Source of the DNA: Candidatus Bathyarchaeota archaeon
GTDB lineage: Archaea > Thermoproteota > Bathyarchaeia > Bathyarchaeales > Bathycorpusculaceae
DNA length: 64,000 nt
Direction: 5' to 3'
Assembly: GCA_963720565.1 (NCBI GenBank)
Contig: CAVRFW010000012.1
Span: forward strand, 1-64,000
In this document: positions 54,188 through 64,000 of the stretch, piece after piece
Numbering within the stretch: the first letter of the stretch is position 1
Layout: each line of letters opens with the position of its first letter
Program-made: the position numbers and the translations under genes
The notes under the pieces: generated by a model
What the model saw: the letters and a program-made list of their open reading frames with translations, nothing else
What the model was told of the DNA's origin: nothing
Database searches by the model: none

Positions 54188-54894
54188 AGCTCTCTTCCCT
54201 CAGTTTTCAACTACTCTCTGGCAAAGAAACAATTAAAGCGCTTATTTCGAAAATGGGAATATTCCTAAAAACCCTCAAAATCTGATTCAGCATCAATTAT
54301 ATTGCGAACGTTCGTTTAGTCCCTTTTACCAAAATAGCTTTTTGCAGAGGTTTTTTTGTTGTTGGAGCCCCTCTTTCCTCCCGTACAGAGAGGAATCTAG
54401 ACGGACTGCAAAGACAGTCACCAATTTACTAGCTGGTCGAAAACTGACAAGCTCAAAACAAGCTTAGAATCGGATAAAAACCTCAATTTGAACCTTTCAA
54501 CAATGGCTTAGAGACCTACCCATGGAGATAATCGGGACCTCATATAAGTACTGTTGAAAATCTCCATACGACAGAAAACAGGGTGCTCTTCGAGGTTGCT
54601 TCGAACTTTTGCCCCCTCTTTTTGTCTCACATGGAGTGCGCGCCATTTTTAGGCTGATCGAGGTCAAAGCGAGACGCACTTGCAGCAACATATACCGTTT
54701 AGGCTTAAAGTGATGCTGAGAGTGGGACCCGAGATTTCTTTCAGAAGGTTCGGATGCGCATGATTCTCCTCAAGACCAATAAGCTGGGCAAGATTGAAAG
54801 CATATATCCTTTCAAACTGCTTTAACCAGAGGCGCGCCAGTCTTCTCGCAATTTTTTCGCTTGCATATTCCTATCAACGACGACTTATCAGAAG

Positions 54895-54914
54895 TCTGTT
54901 GATGCTTTCGTATC
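54895..54914 (-). repeat. Dispersed intergenic repeat, copy 3 (core only)
   Basis: Reverse complement reads GATACGAAAGCATCAACAGA. Confidence 0.65.
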
Positions 54915-55156
54915 CGCTGGTTTGAAAAAGTGAATCACCAGGCATATTGGAGAGGGTTAAGTCTGCGTATAAAGGCGCTTAGTTCGGGGTTATTTTTGTT
55001 GCAGCCTCATATCTGTAGCCAATAGTGTAGGCTAATCTGTTGCAAATTTAAATCGTTGCATGTTGTGTGATTCTTGCATGGTTGATTTGGTTGTATCAGT
55101 ATTATATTGTGACTTAATGTATCACCAGCTCCATCCACGCACTTATGAAAGAAAGA

Positions 55157-55182
55157 GCTGTATACAATAGCATCAACACAAC
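55157..55182 (+). repeat. Dispersed intergenic repeat, copy 4
   Basis: GCTGTATACAATAGCATCAACACAAC. Confidence 0.65.
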
Positions 55183-55235
55183 TTACTATTTCTAACTAAA
55201 TCCAATAGTTTTTTTAGCTCTTTAGGAAGACTAGA

Positions 55236-55684
55236 ATGAGGAGGAAACGACTGTTAAGGAAATTGACAAAATCAAGCTTCGAAGATGGCGCAAGAGAGGT
55301 TTCTATAGCGAGACGGTTTTGGTGAAGCTCCTGCAGAAGAACGGCTACAACGCTGTTCGTGTTCCCGTCAGCAACCCCAGTCTAAATCCTTTACCGGACA
55401 TAATGGCCAGGAAAGGCGAACACACCTACGCTTTTGAAGTAAAAAACGCCAGCTACTACGCCTACTTTCCGAAACAACAAGTTGACAAACTCTTCAGGTT
55501 CCTTAACGAACTCATACCAGGAAGCATAGCTTGTAAGCACGCGGTCGTGGCTGCCCACCTTGGGAAAAAGTGGCTCTTCAAGGAGGTAAGTTGGGACGAG
55601 TGGCAGAAAGACAAACTTCCCGAAAAAATCCGGATTCTCAAACGCGATAGAGGAAACCTGAACATAGAGAAGTGCTACAACTGA
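55236..55684 (+). CDS. Hjc-like PD-(D/E)xK nuclease/resolvase
   Basis: RKRGFYSETVLVKLL..AVRVPVS..PDIMA..AFEVK; the frame is open upstream of 55319 and ATG 55236 is one base out of frame. Confidence 0.8.
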
Positions 55685-55777
55685 GTTCTAACAAAAATAA
55701 ATCTACCGCGAACAGCAATTATTATTTTGATAAGGAAGTATACAATTAGTCTACTCTTCTGTTGAAAAAGAAGGAAG

Positions 55778-56473
55778 TTGCCGATGGCGCATTTGAACTA
55801 CGCGGTAACCGCGGTTGCTCTGAGCAAAACTTACCGGATGGGTGAAACTGAAGTTGAGGTTTTGAAAGACGTAACCTTCAATGCAGCGGAAGGTAGGTTT
55901 GTTGTCCTCTCAGGGCCTTCCGGGTCAGGGAAAACAACATTGCTTAACCTTGTAAGTGGAATCGACAAGCCTTCAAAAGGATCAGTAACAGTTTTTGGCC
56001 AAAACTTAAGTGAACTAAACGAAGACTTTTTGGCTGAGTTTCGCTGCAACAACATCGGCTTTGTTTTTCAATCCTATAATCTGGTTTCGACTTTGACTCT
56101 TGCGGAAAATGTTGCATTTCCTATGGAGTGGCGCAGGCTACCTGAGCTTGAAATTGAAAACCGTGTGAAAGAATTGCTGGAAATGGTTAGTCTGCAGCAT
56201 AGAGCAAACCATTTTCCTGGACAACTAAGCGGCGGCGAACAGCAACGTGTAGCATTCGCCCGTGCATTAGCTAACGATCCGAGACTGTTTCTTGCAGACG
56301 AACCCACTGGCAATTTAGATAGGAAAAATGCACAAAAAATAATCGAAATGTTGCAGTTATTGAAATTAAAAGGAAAAACAATTTTCGTTTCGACTCATGA
56401 CATGAGCATAGTTGGACTCGCAGACGAAAAACTTTGTCTGGAAGATGGAAAAATAGTGAGTCAGAATGAGTAG
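55778..56473 (+). CDS. ABC transporter ATP-binding protein (LolD/MacB type)
   Basis: [25 protein letters not shown]. Confidence 0.95.
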   Translation: MPMAHLNYAVTAVALSKTYRMGETEVEVLKDVTFNAAEGRFVVLSGPSGSGKTTLLNLVSGIDKPSKGSVTVFGQNLSELNEDFLAEFRCNNIGFVFQSYNLVSTLTLAENVAFPMEWRRLPELEIENRVKELLEMVSLQHRANHFPGQLSGGEQQRVAFARALANDPRLFLADEPTGNLDRKNAQKIIEMLQLLKLKGKTIFVSTHDMSIVGLADEKLCLEDGKIVSQNE

Positions 56474-58343
56474 CACATACTTTCCTGTGAACGACCTGTT
56501 GCGACGAAAACTTCAAACCGGACTGATTGTGGCTACTCTTACACTAAATGTTGCATCAACACTTTTTCTGTTGCTATTCAGCGAACGGATAGGTTTTGGC
56601 GTAAGCGTGACTGCTGATACGCTGACAGCGGGTCTATCTGCTGTCTTTATGCAGTATGTCTTGTTTGTCGCAGTTTTGCTTTTCGTTGTAGGTGCTTTCA
56701 TTGCTAGCTTCATTACCTTCTTAATGATGAAACAGAGAACACGCGATTTCGGGCTAATAAAAGCCATTGGCTGTCCCAACGGACTTGTTTTCGGTTATTT
56801 CATGACCGAACTTCTAATAGTAACGTTTGCCGGATGCGCCTTAGGCGTATTTTTAGGGTTTGCGCTTGACTCCGCTGTAACCAATTCTTCAAACTTTCAA
56901 ATCTACCAGAAACCGCCAAATTTCTGGTTTGCATTTTTAGTTTTCGGGGCTTTTTTCGTGCTTTCACTTGTGTTTGGGACAAAACCCATTCTGGAAACCG
57001 CCAAGTTGGCACCTTCGAGAGCCTTATCGCATATCCAATATTTCGGATTGGGTACAGGAGGTAAGTTTAGACCGCTGTCCAGATTCGGGTTGACCCTTAG
57101 AATTGCTTCTAGAAGTTTGTTTCGCCGGAGTTCAGCAACGATTAGAATTGTATTCTTGCTGTCAGCAGTTTTCTTTTTGCTCACGGTCTCGATTTCTGGG
57201 GGAATAATCGCCAGTGACACTTCCAAATATTGGGTAGAGAGAGCCGTTGGTAACAATATTGCAGTTGTCGCCCATAGGGATATGGGCAATCAGTATATTC
57301 TGCTCTTGTCGAAATTCTTCGGAGTAGAAGATAACGATAATTTTGACTATACTAACAATACATTTTTGGTTCCAGAAGCTATTCTTGAGCAACTCCGCGA
57401 ATGGCCGGAAATATCGATTATTGATCCGCGTTTGATTCTGATTGAGCATGTTCAGGAACTCAGTGGTTACAAGATTGACTCCGAGACCCTGGCGACCATA
57501 CCGGTTGGGGGCGACAGGACAACTGAGGTTCTTGTGGTAGGCGTTGATCCTGAAAGGGTTGTTGCACAGAGTATGACAGAAGGGCGATCCTTAGAAGCAG
57601 TCAGTGAATGGCAAGCTGTCATTGGTGATACAGTAGCAAGAAGCATGTATTCTCCTGACCGGTCTAAGCGAATAGGCGTTTCTGATCCTCTGCTTGAAGG
57701 GATGAGTATCCGAGAGAACGATTTCAGAATCGTTGGGGTGTGTATTGACCCTATCAACAACGGCAATGTTACGTATGTTCCCCTTAACAACCTGCAAAGC
57801 ATAACAGGTATACAGGGCGTTAACATCGTTCTTATTAAGATTGATGATACTGAGGATTCCGCGATAGTTTCTGCATTGGAGAAAAGAGTTGAAAGCACGA
57901 ATTCGAATTTCTCAGTTTTCGAACTTGATGAGACCCTTGAGAAAGAGACCGCTTTTCTTGAATCAGCATGGTCCATCATAATGCTGTTGCCTCTTCTTGC
58001 ATTGGCAACCACAACCTTGTGCTTGGGGGGGTTTGTAGTTTTAACGTTTGATGAGCAAAGACAGGAATTCGCGGTTTTGCGTGCAGTTGGAACCAACCCG
58101 AAAGCCGTTCTTGCCATTCTGATGATCCAAAGCATAATCGTCTTGATTTCTAGTTTTGTGTGTGGAATATCCTTAGGCGTAATAGCAACATTGCTAATCT
58201 TAGTGCCAAACCCTGTGGTGACAAGCTTCACTATCGCGGAAGTTGCATTGTTGCTGCTTGCAGCATTGGTTGGAATGTTTCTGTCAAGCTTGTATCCTGC
58301 AATGAGACTCGCCAAAACCCCTATCCTAAGAATCATTGTGTAA
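56466..58343 (+). CDS. FtsX/MacB-like ABC permease
   Basis: QRTRDFGLIKAIG and EQRQEFAVLRAVG repeats; multiple TM segments. Confidence 0.9.
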   Translation: MSSTYFPVNDLLRRKLQTGLIVATLTLNVASTLFLLLFSERIGFGVSVTADTLTAGLSAVFMQYVLFVAVLLFVVGAFIASFITFLMMKQRTRDFGLIKAIGCPNGLVFGYFMTELLIVTFAGCALGVFLGFALDSAVTNSSNFQIYQKPPNFWFAFLVFGAFFVLSLVFGTKPILETAKLAPSRALSHIQYFGLGTGGKFRPLSRFGLTLRIASRSLFRRSSATIRIVFLLSAVFFLLTVSISGGIIASDTSKYWVERAVGNNIAVVAHRDMGNQYILLLSKFFGVEDNDNFDYTNNTFLVPEAILEQLREWPEISIIDPRLILIEHVQELSGYKIDSETLATIPVGGDRTTEVLVVGVDPERVVAQSMTEGRSLEAVSEWQAVIGDTVARSMYSPDRSKRIGVSDPLLEGMSIRENDFRIVGVCIDPINNGNVTYVPLNNLQSITGIQGVNIVLIKIDDTEDSAIVSALEKRVESTNSNFSVFELDETLEKETAFLESAWSIIMLLPLLALATTTLCLGGFVVLTFDEQRQEFAVLRAVGTNPKAVLAILMIQSIIVLISSFVCGISLGVIATLLILVPNPVVTSFTIAEVALLLLAALVGMFLSSLYPAMRLAKTPILRIIV

Positions 58344-59033
58344 ATGACTGAATTCTTTCCAAAAATGCTTCAGTGATCCAGTATATGCAGGAAATTGACC
58401 TATAAAATCTTGAAGTTGAAGTATAGGAATAATTGGCACCATATCGTAAAACTTGAAAGTGCCTGGCGTAAGCGTCAGGATAGCAGGAACGAATTGGGCC
58501 CGATGCCACTTTGCGCATTCGATTTCAAACTTGATGTTTGGCAGAGACTCTACAAAAGACTGTGTTCTTTCTATCTGAGCCTCAGCTACTTTCTTTAATG
58601 CTGAAGGAGATATTCCATGCTGCCAACGTTTGCAGTCAATACATATAACCCAAGGTTTTTTACAGCCTATAACGTCCATTTCCCATCGCCGGCCTGCGTG
58701 TTTGAATCGGGTGTTTTTGGAGACATTATATCCGTTTTGTTCCAGGGCGATGGTTGCCACATCTTCAAATTCCTGCCAGCTTAGCAATTCACTGACGCGT
58801 TGGAGGTCGGCGCCAAGGGTCAAGGCTCTGACGGCAATTTTGAGCCTGGCGCAACTATCTGCTTCAATAGTCCCGCTTTTAATATATATGGTCTCGGTTG
58901 TTTCCATTTTCTTAAGCAATTTTGACGCAATACCAGCGGCAATCTTTGCATCTTTATTGACACTTTCAGTTAAAGCAGATCCTTCTTTTGTCATTTTGAG
59001 AATTGATATTAACAGATTTAGCTCAATTGTCAT
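58326..59033 (-). CDS. Restriction endonuclease-like (Mrr/NERD PD-(D/E)xK) protein
   Basis: LSWQEFE, EMDVIG, IDCKRW. Confidence 0.8.
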   Translation of the reverse strand: MTIELNLLISILKMTKEGSALTESVNKDAKIAAGIASKLLKKMETTETIYIKSGTIEADSCARLKIAVRALTLGADLQRVSELLSWQEFEDVATIALEQNGYNVSKNTRFKHAGRRWEMDVIGCKKPWVICIDCKRWQHGISPSALKKVAEAQIERTQSFVESLPNIKFEIECAKWHRAQFVPAILTLTPGTFKFYDMVPIIPILQLQDFIGQFPAYTGSLKHFWKEFSHLHNDS

Positions 59034-59132
59034 AATAAGATCTCACAACATTACAAATAGAAATGGCAAAGTCACGGTTTTCGCAAGACTTTTACAGAAA
59101 ATACGAAGGCTGAATTGTCTCTTGCGTTTTTC

Positions 59133-59162
59133 GTATACAAAAGCATCAACAGAACACACTTT
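59133..59162 (+). repeat. Dispersed intergenic repeat, copy 5
   Basis: GTATACAAAAGCATCAACAGAACACACTTT. Confidence 0.8.
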
Positions 59163-59789
59163 AGAAGGTCACTTCCAGATTGCTAACTCTGTCCTTTAGT
59201 TTCCTTCTATAGAATATTTGAAGAAACATTTCTGGAGTTCGTGATTTACCTACCATATGAATTACCTACGCACCCTCTGACTGAAATGTCTTTTTTCTCT
59301 TCAACTGCAACTCTTCGACTTTTACGGCCTTTTCAATCTCATGGAGAGCATATTTATACGTTTTTTATTCTATTTCTAACAATTTCCTCTTCATTTTTTA
59401 ACTATTTAATTTAAAATATGTATGTTCGACCGTGTTTCGGCATAAAGAACTGAAAGAACCCCCGAAATGAATTCAAGAAAACACTTACTGAAACGCAGAA
59501 CACCAAATTCCAAAAAGAAAAACTGCGGTTGATTATCATTATATACTTAAGGGCATGAACTATCGGCAAAAGCAGCTACGTCAGGCGGGATAGTCGTTCA
59601 AATTACTTTTGCGAAATGCCTCGATTTCTTCTGATTTCTCCCATTTTCAGGATAGATGGAACAGGGCTGTGTGTTTTTCACGTTTTATGTTTTACGTATA
59701 TTTAAGATTCGCTGGATTTCGACGTTGCAGCCTCTTAGTAGAAACGGTTTTTTGACAAACACTAGTTGCAGCATGTTTCAGGTTTGATC

Positions 59790-60518
59790 TTACGGATGGC
59801 TTGTTGCTAGTCTAAAACGCAACAGGTCGAACCCAAGCTTAGTAGAATCTCGAAAAATTCGTATCCCATGGGAATCTTTTTTTTCGACTTCAATCCAACT
59901 TACTGCTACTTCTGTTACTGGGATTCTGTGGCTTTTGCACAACAAAATCATTTCTGTGTCAAGAAAGAAACCGTCTGATTTTGCGTTATCTCGCAAGAAG
60001 GTAGCAACTTCACGATTCATGGCTTTGAAGCCACATTGATGATCGTGAACTCCATCATGAAAAATCAGCCTCACCAATAAGTTGTAAGTCAAACTGGATG
60101 CAGTTCGGGTGAAAGAGCGACAAACCTTGGAACCTCTGACATGCCTAGAGCCAATTACTAATCCTTGGCTTTCCCGGGTACTCTTAACCATAATCGGCAG
60201 AAACTCCAAGCTAGTGGCTAAGTCAACATCCATGAAAACGACAACGTCCCCCTTGGCAGAACCGAGACCCTTCTTTATGGCTTTACCCTTACCCAGCCGT
60301 TGCGGTGAATGATGGAAACTCAAATTGGAATCAGTTTTTGAGAGAGAATCAATAATGCTGGTCGTCCCATCAGTGCTGCCGTCTTCAATCACAACTATTT
60401 CATAAGAGCTCGTTAAGGCTGTTACCGCACGTTTTACCTCTTTGATGCATTGTTCTATGCGTGAAGCCTCATTGTAGGCGGGCAGCACTATTGAAAGATC
60501 CAAGTCGCACGGCATCAT
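59790..60518 (-). CDS. GT2 glycosyltransferase (dolichyl-phosphate hexose synthase-like)
   Basis: PAYNE, EDGSTD, GKGKA, FMDVD, DHQCGFK. Confidence 0.92.
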   Translation of the reverse strand: MMPCDLDLSIVLPAYNEASRIEQCIKEVKRAVTALTSSYEIVVIEDGSTDGTTSIIDSLSKTDSNLSFHHSPQRLGKGKAIKKGLGSAKGDVVVFMDVDLATSLEFLPIMVKSTRESQGLVIGSRHVRGSKVCRSFTRTASSLTYNLLVRLIFHDGVHDHQCGFKAMNREVATFLRDNAKSDGFFLDTEMILLCKSHRIPVTEVAVSWIEVEKKDSHGIRIFRDSTKLGFDLLRFRLATSHP

Positions 60519-60716
60519 TCATTCTCTGACACAATTCCATGCTATTTGGCATAAATGATTTGCGTTTTCGCCTAACGAGAATTCGGGTATGTACCGCCAC
60601 AAGCACACTAACTTCCATGTTTGCGGCAAAACTACCTTTAAATCACTTGCTCAATGAAACATTAAAAAACCTCCAACACGCCACATATTAAATGCTCGGC
60701 AGGAAGTGCTTGGTCA

Positions 60717-62300
60717 TTGAGTTTCCAATCATTGCTAAGAAATAAATTAGACGGATGGCGGCTTGCACTCCTTGCTTTTATCATAGTTTATGGGGCTTTC
60801 TTGCTTCTTAATCTGGGCTACATGACCGTTCAATGGGATGAAATGCCGCACTTGTACGGAAGCCTACTTTTATCCAATGGACAATTCCGAGACTATGTAG
60901 CCACGTATGGATACTATCCGCCGCTTTACGATATAGTAACGTCTGGCTTCTTTAAACTGCTCGGAGCAAGCGCTTTCTCAGGAAGGCTCACATCAGTAGT
61001 ATTCTCATTGCTTTCAGTATGGATTGTGTTCGAATTCGCGAACCGTACCTACGGGCCAAAAACAGCCCTCGTCGCCAGCATTGTACTCGGAGTCACACCC
61101 GGGTTCTTTTGGCTTTCTAGGGCAGCTATGCTGGAAACTGCATTGATTTTCTTCTTTTCTGGCGCTCTGTACTTTTTCTTTTCTTGGCTACGCCTTAGCC
61201 AAAAAAAGGCGCTAGTCTTGTGCGGGATAGCTGTAGGTGTAGGTTTTCTTGCGAAATACCAAATCCTTGTCGCCGGCATAGTTATGTTAACCGCTATAGT
61301 GCTCCTGGGTAGGGACAAAATTAGGGTAAGATTTTCCAAATTTTTAGTACTTCCCGTGATTGCAGTACTCGTTATTATTCCTTGGGTTTTTGTTCTTTAC
61401 GAGATAAATGGCTTGGAGAAACTCGGAGAACTTCTATACGTAATTCAAGAAGGTGGGCAGGACCGTGCAATCTACAGTGGAAGATTTCCCCTGCCAGTGT
61501 TCTATCTTATTGAGATGACATGGCCCTATAATGATGTCCACCCTGTCTCCCTGCCTTTATACTGTTTGGGCTTAGCGGGGTTGGGATTGTGGGCTTATCG
61601 TAGAAAAGCTGAGGATAAGTTCTTTCTCATATGGTTTATTGTGGTTTATGTTTTCTTCACGTTAATCCCGAATAAACAGTGGCGTTATGTTACGCCTCTT
61701 TTTCCGGTGCTGGCGATTTCAGCCGCAAGTCTGATAGTGTTTGTGTATGGGAAACTGAGAGACTGTTGGAACATGCCTCAGGCTAACGTTAGCAGAAAGC
61801 GTTTGCTCAAGGTCGCCGCAGTCGCTTCAATTATTGTTTCATTGTCAACTGTAGCCTACAGCGGCATGGAAGCATATCAGATGGTTGCGAGGGACCAAAT
61901 TCATATGCCTACGGAAGAAGCTGTCAGCTACGCGGCTCAGCGATTGAATCAGAACGAGTCAATTATAGTTGTTTGTGCTTTCAACTACTTCAACAAAGAC
62001 ATGGTTAAGTTCTATCTTCATGCTGATGGAATTACAGACAATCAGGTGCTTCAGTATCCTGAGATGCCTGTGGACTCTTTCACGCCAGACTTTAATGTAA
62101 CCGAGCTGATTGCACTGTGTCAAGAAAGGAATGTGAAATATGCATTTCTGCCAGAGTATGGAGGTGAGATTCCCTATTTTGGGTCAAACCTAACTGCAAT
62201 GCAGGTCTATCTTGAACTTATTGATTCAGGAGGGTTTAGTTACAGCTACCGAGTTGGCAGTTTCCCCCGCACCATCACGATATTCTCTTTCGAGCATTAA
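60717..62300 (+). CDS. GT-C membrane glycosyltransferase (ArnT/PMT-like, GT39/83)
   Basis: WDE after TM1, YPPLY, FLAKY, RYVTP. Confidence 0.88.
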   Translation: MSFQSLLRNKLDGWRLALLAFIIVYGAFLLLNLGYMTVQWDEMPHLYGSLLLSNGQFRDYVATYGYYPPLYDIVTSGFFKLLGASAFSGRLTSVVFSLLSVWIVFEFANRTYGPKTALVASIVLGVTPGFFWLSRAAMLETALIFFFSGALYFFFSWLRLSQKKALVLCGIAVGVGFLAKYQILVAGIVMLTAIVLLGRDKIRVRFSKFLVLPVIAVLVIIPWVFVLYEINGLEKLGELLYVIQEGGQDRAIYSGRFPLPVFYLIEMTWPYNDVHPVSLPLYCLGLAGLGLWAYRRKAEDKFFLIWFIVVYVFFTLIPNKQWRYVTPLFPVLAISAASLIVFVYGKLRDCWNMPQANVSRKRLLKVAAVASIIVSLSTVAYSGMEAYQMVARDQIHMPTEEAVSYAAQRLNQNESIIVVCAFNYFNKDMVKFYLHADGITDNQVLQYPEMPVDSFTPDFNVTELIALCQERNVKYAFLPEYGGEIPYFGSNLTAMQVYLELIDSGGFSYSYRVGSFPRTITIFSFEH

Positions 62301-62313
62301 ATGCGCATTTGCC

Positions 62314-62760
62314 TCATTGGATTTCGAGAAACTCGAATCCTGTTTCTTTGTTTATTACTCTGCATGCCTTTGGGCAAATTAGTTCCAGAATTACCAATTC
62401 ACCTATGTGCCAAACGTCAACTCCCATACGCACGCACCCGGTAACCGTTTCATTTTTTCTGCCGAAGCTTGCATGCATATGTAGCTTAGGTTTTCCTGAT
62501 TCATCGACAACGATTGTTCCTGCGCCACAACATTCATGCACACCGTTTAACAATGTAATCATAGGTTTAGGAGGAAGCGCAGAGCCATCGCTGGGTCCTA
62601 CTACAATCCGGCTACCCTCTTTTGCACCGCCTAGAAAAAGACAAAATGCCGCGGAAATTTTTTTCTCATTGGCGAATGATTCAACGACATCAGGAAGACG
62701 ATCACCATCATGTAGCCTGAGGACGAAGACTCTGCCAAGTTTTGCTTCGGAATACTGCAT
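62314..62760 (-). CDS. PPC domain (DUF296) protein
   Basis: VLRLHDGD, HMHASFG, TVTGC. Confidence 0.88.
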   Translation of the reverse strand: MQYSEAKLGRVFVLRLHDGDRLPDVVESFANEKKISAAFCLFLGGAKEGSRIVVGPSDGSALPPKPMITLLNGVHECCGAGTIVVDESGKPKLHMHASFGRKNETVTGCVRMGVDVWHIGELVILELICPKACRVINKETGFEFLEIQ

Positions 62761-62859
62761 TATTGCACCCCTCGCGAATCTGTTACAAGATAAGAGTTGT
62801 TGACTATAAGAATAATCTTGAATTGTGGGTGCATTCGTGACTTGATGCTTATGTCGAGT

Positions 62860-63021
62860 TTATACTCGTTTGAGGTAGAGAGGTTTTTCAGCTTCTTTTT
62901 GTCTTTTTTCTGCGCTTATGTCCGTTTCGGTGCATGTTGCTGAAATGACTGGTCCTTCTATTACTAAATCGTCCGTTGTTTTTTGAACTGGAATTCTGTG
63001 GAGCTTTGAGTTAGGACTCAT
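62860..63021 (-). CDS. Putative 53-aa small protein
   Basis: MSPNSKLHRIPVQKTTDDLVIEGPVISATCTETDISAEKRQKEAEKPLYLKRV; AT-rich TATA-like sequence upstream. Confidence 0.45.
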   Translation of the reverse strand: MSPNSKLHRIPVQKTTDDLVIEGPVISATCTETDISAEKRQKEAEKPLYLKRV

Positions 63022-63245
63022 TTCTGAACTCTCGTGGAGGTATATGTTATTATAAGTAGTAAGACTTAATAAACGTTTTCTGATTCAATTTACTAAAATA
63101 ATCCAAGAGACAAGAGACTGAACTTAAGCTTCATTCAACCGAAGTTGAACGCCGCGACCTTAATCTTTTCTCAATAATCCTCTGCACTGCGCAGGCTAAT
63201 GTTTTGCCTGGAAAAGGCAAATTGAAGGTACTATAGACCTCTACA

Positions 63246-64000
63246 CTATTCTGAGAAGTAAGTTGTCAATTGTTTCTGTTTTTTCTCTTCTTTGACAAGT
63301 TGTGAGACTTTGATTCCAACTCTTCTGATCTCCAAATTTCCTTCGCTTAAGAATTTTTCTAGAAGGGCTCGAATAACACGCTTTGAGACCTCAGGATCTC
63401 TATTTAATTGTTCCATGGTGGTTGACCTACTTCGCACAGTCAAATCCGTCATTATAGTCATTATGCCTACTTGTTTGAACAACAAATTCTTCTGCACGAG
63501 TTCATCGTAAATCTCTCCGAATAACTCATCAGTCTTATTCGAGATCAAAACCAAGTCGCGTGTATCTTGTTTCAGAGTTGCGATCCGGCTGATGGACACT
63601 GCGTCACCCGCTTCCTTCACCGGTTCATTGTCTATTCCTTTGGAAGCATTGCAGAAATATACTCCTGAGGCTTTTCCGAAAACTTCAACAAGCCTTTGGA
63701 CGTCATATCTTGATAAATCGGCTATTGTCTTAATGGACAATTCGCTCATTCTGTTTGCGGTTTTCCGCCCAACACCTATAAGTCGGTCCACGGGCAACGG
63801 GTTTAGGAAGCTTGCAACCTCATCAGGTTTAATGATTGTCAAACCGTCAGGTTTCTGAGCATCAGAAGCGATTTTGGCGACAAGCTTGTTTGGGGCTACA
63901 CCCACCGAAAATATGGTGCCAACTTGCTTCTTAACCTCTGTCTTCAACGTTTTTACCAGTTCTTTCGTTTTTTCAAAGTTTCCCTCTACTTTGTGAGAAA
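63246..64000 (-). CDS. dinB: Y-family DNA polymerase IV (partial, 5' end outside the window)
   Basis: SVGVAPNKLVAKIASD..KPDG, GVGRKT, IRRVGI; C-terminal PIP box QKQLTTYF. Confidence 0.95.
   Translation of the reverse strand, partial: SHKVEGNFEKTKELVKTLKTEVKKQVGTIFSVGVAPNKLVAKIASDAQKPDGLTIIKPDEVASFLNPLPVDRLIGVGRKTANRMSELSIKTIADLSRYDVQRLVEVFGKASGVYFCNASKGIDNEPVKEAGDAVSISRIATLKQDTRDLVLISNKTDELFGEIYDELVQKNLLFKQVGIMTIMTDLTVRSRSTTMEQLNRDPEVSKRVIRALLEKFLSEGNLEIRRVGIKVSQLVKEEKKQKQLTTYFSE

Noticed and set aside
54497..54880. Possible degraded gene in the lonB-hjc gap
   Set aside because: Short open stretches on the minus strand, but no recognisable family
57467..58336. Long antisense ORF (289 aa) and similar shadow ORFs, e.g. 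8941..9414 and 58630..59199
   Set aside because: They overlap well-supported genes on the opposite strand and have no recognisable motifs
47320..59162. Dispersed 30-bp repeats as a CRISPR array
   Set aside because: Copies are kilobases apart, in both orientations, with no regular spacers and no cas genes

Overview
Archaeal chromosomal window, most likely Bathyarchaeia (TACK). This is inferred from Nop5/fibrillarin, Trm1, Tsr3, archaeal DnaG, LonB, ESCRT-III, a Cren7-like protein and many lineage-type hypotheticals. It is mostly housekeeping: nucleotide metabolism (purF, apt, mtnP, pyrB), RNA modification, pheST, trpS, repair (rnhB, tag, dinB, Hjc-like), glycosylation genes and one tRNA-Ser(GCT). 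No CRISPR array, rRNA or intact mobile element is visible. About ten genes are broken by single-base indels, mostly +1, which look like long-read assembly errors. The main observations are: (1) a winged-helix + ATP-cone + class III ribonucleotide reductase fusion that lacks the glycyl-radical glycine, probably a nucleotide-sensing pseudo-enzyme regulator; (2) an unannotated 54-aa Cys4 Cren7-like chromatin protein upstream of dnaG; (3) a 20-30 bp non-palindromic intergenic motif found five times; (4) two divergent secreted proteins sharing a mature N-terminal strand, suggesting a filament system; (5) tandem palindromic operators upstream of ESCRT-III; (6) DUF72 genes with a PCNA-binding-like tail. 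All calls come from motif recognition by eye; no database searches were run.
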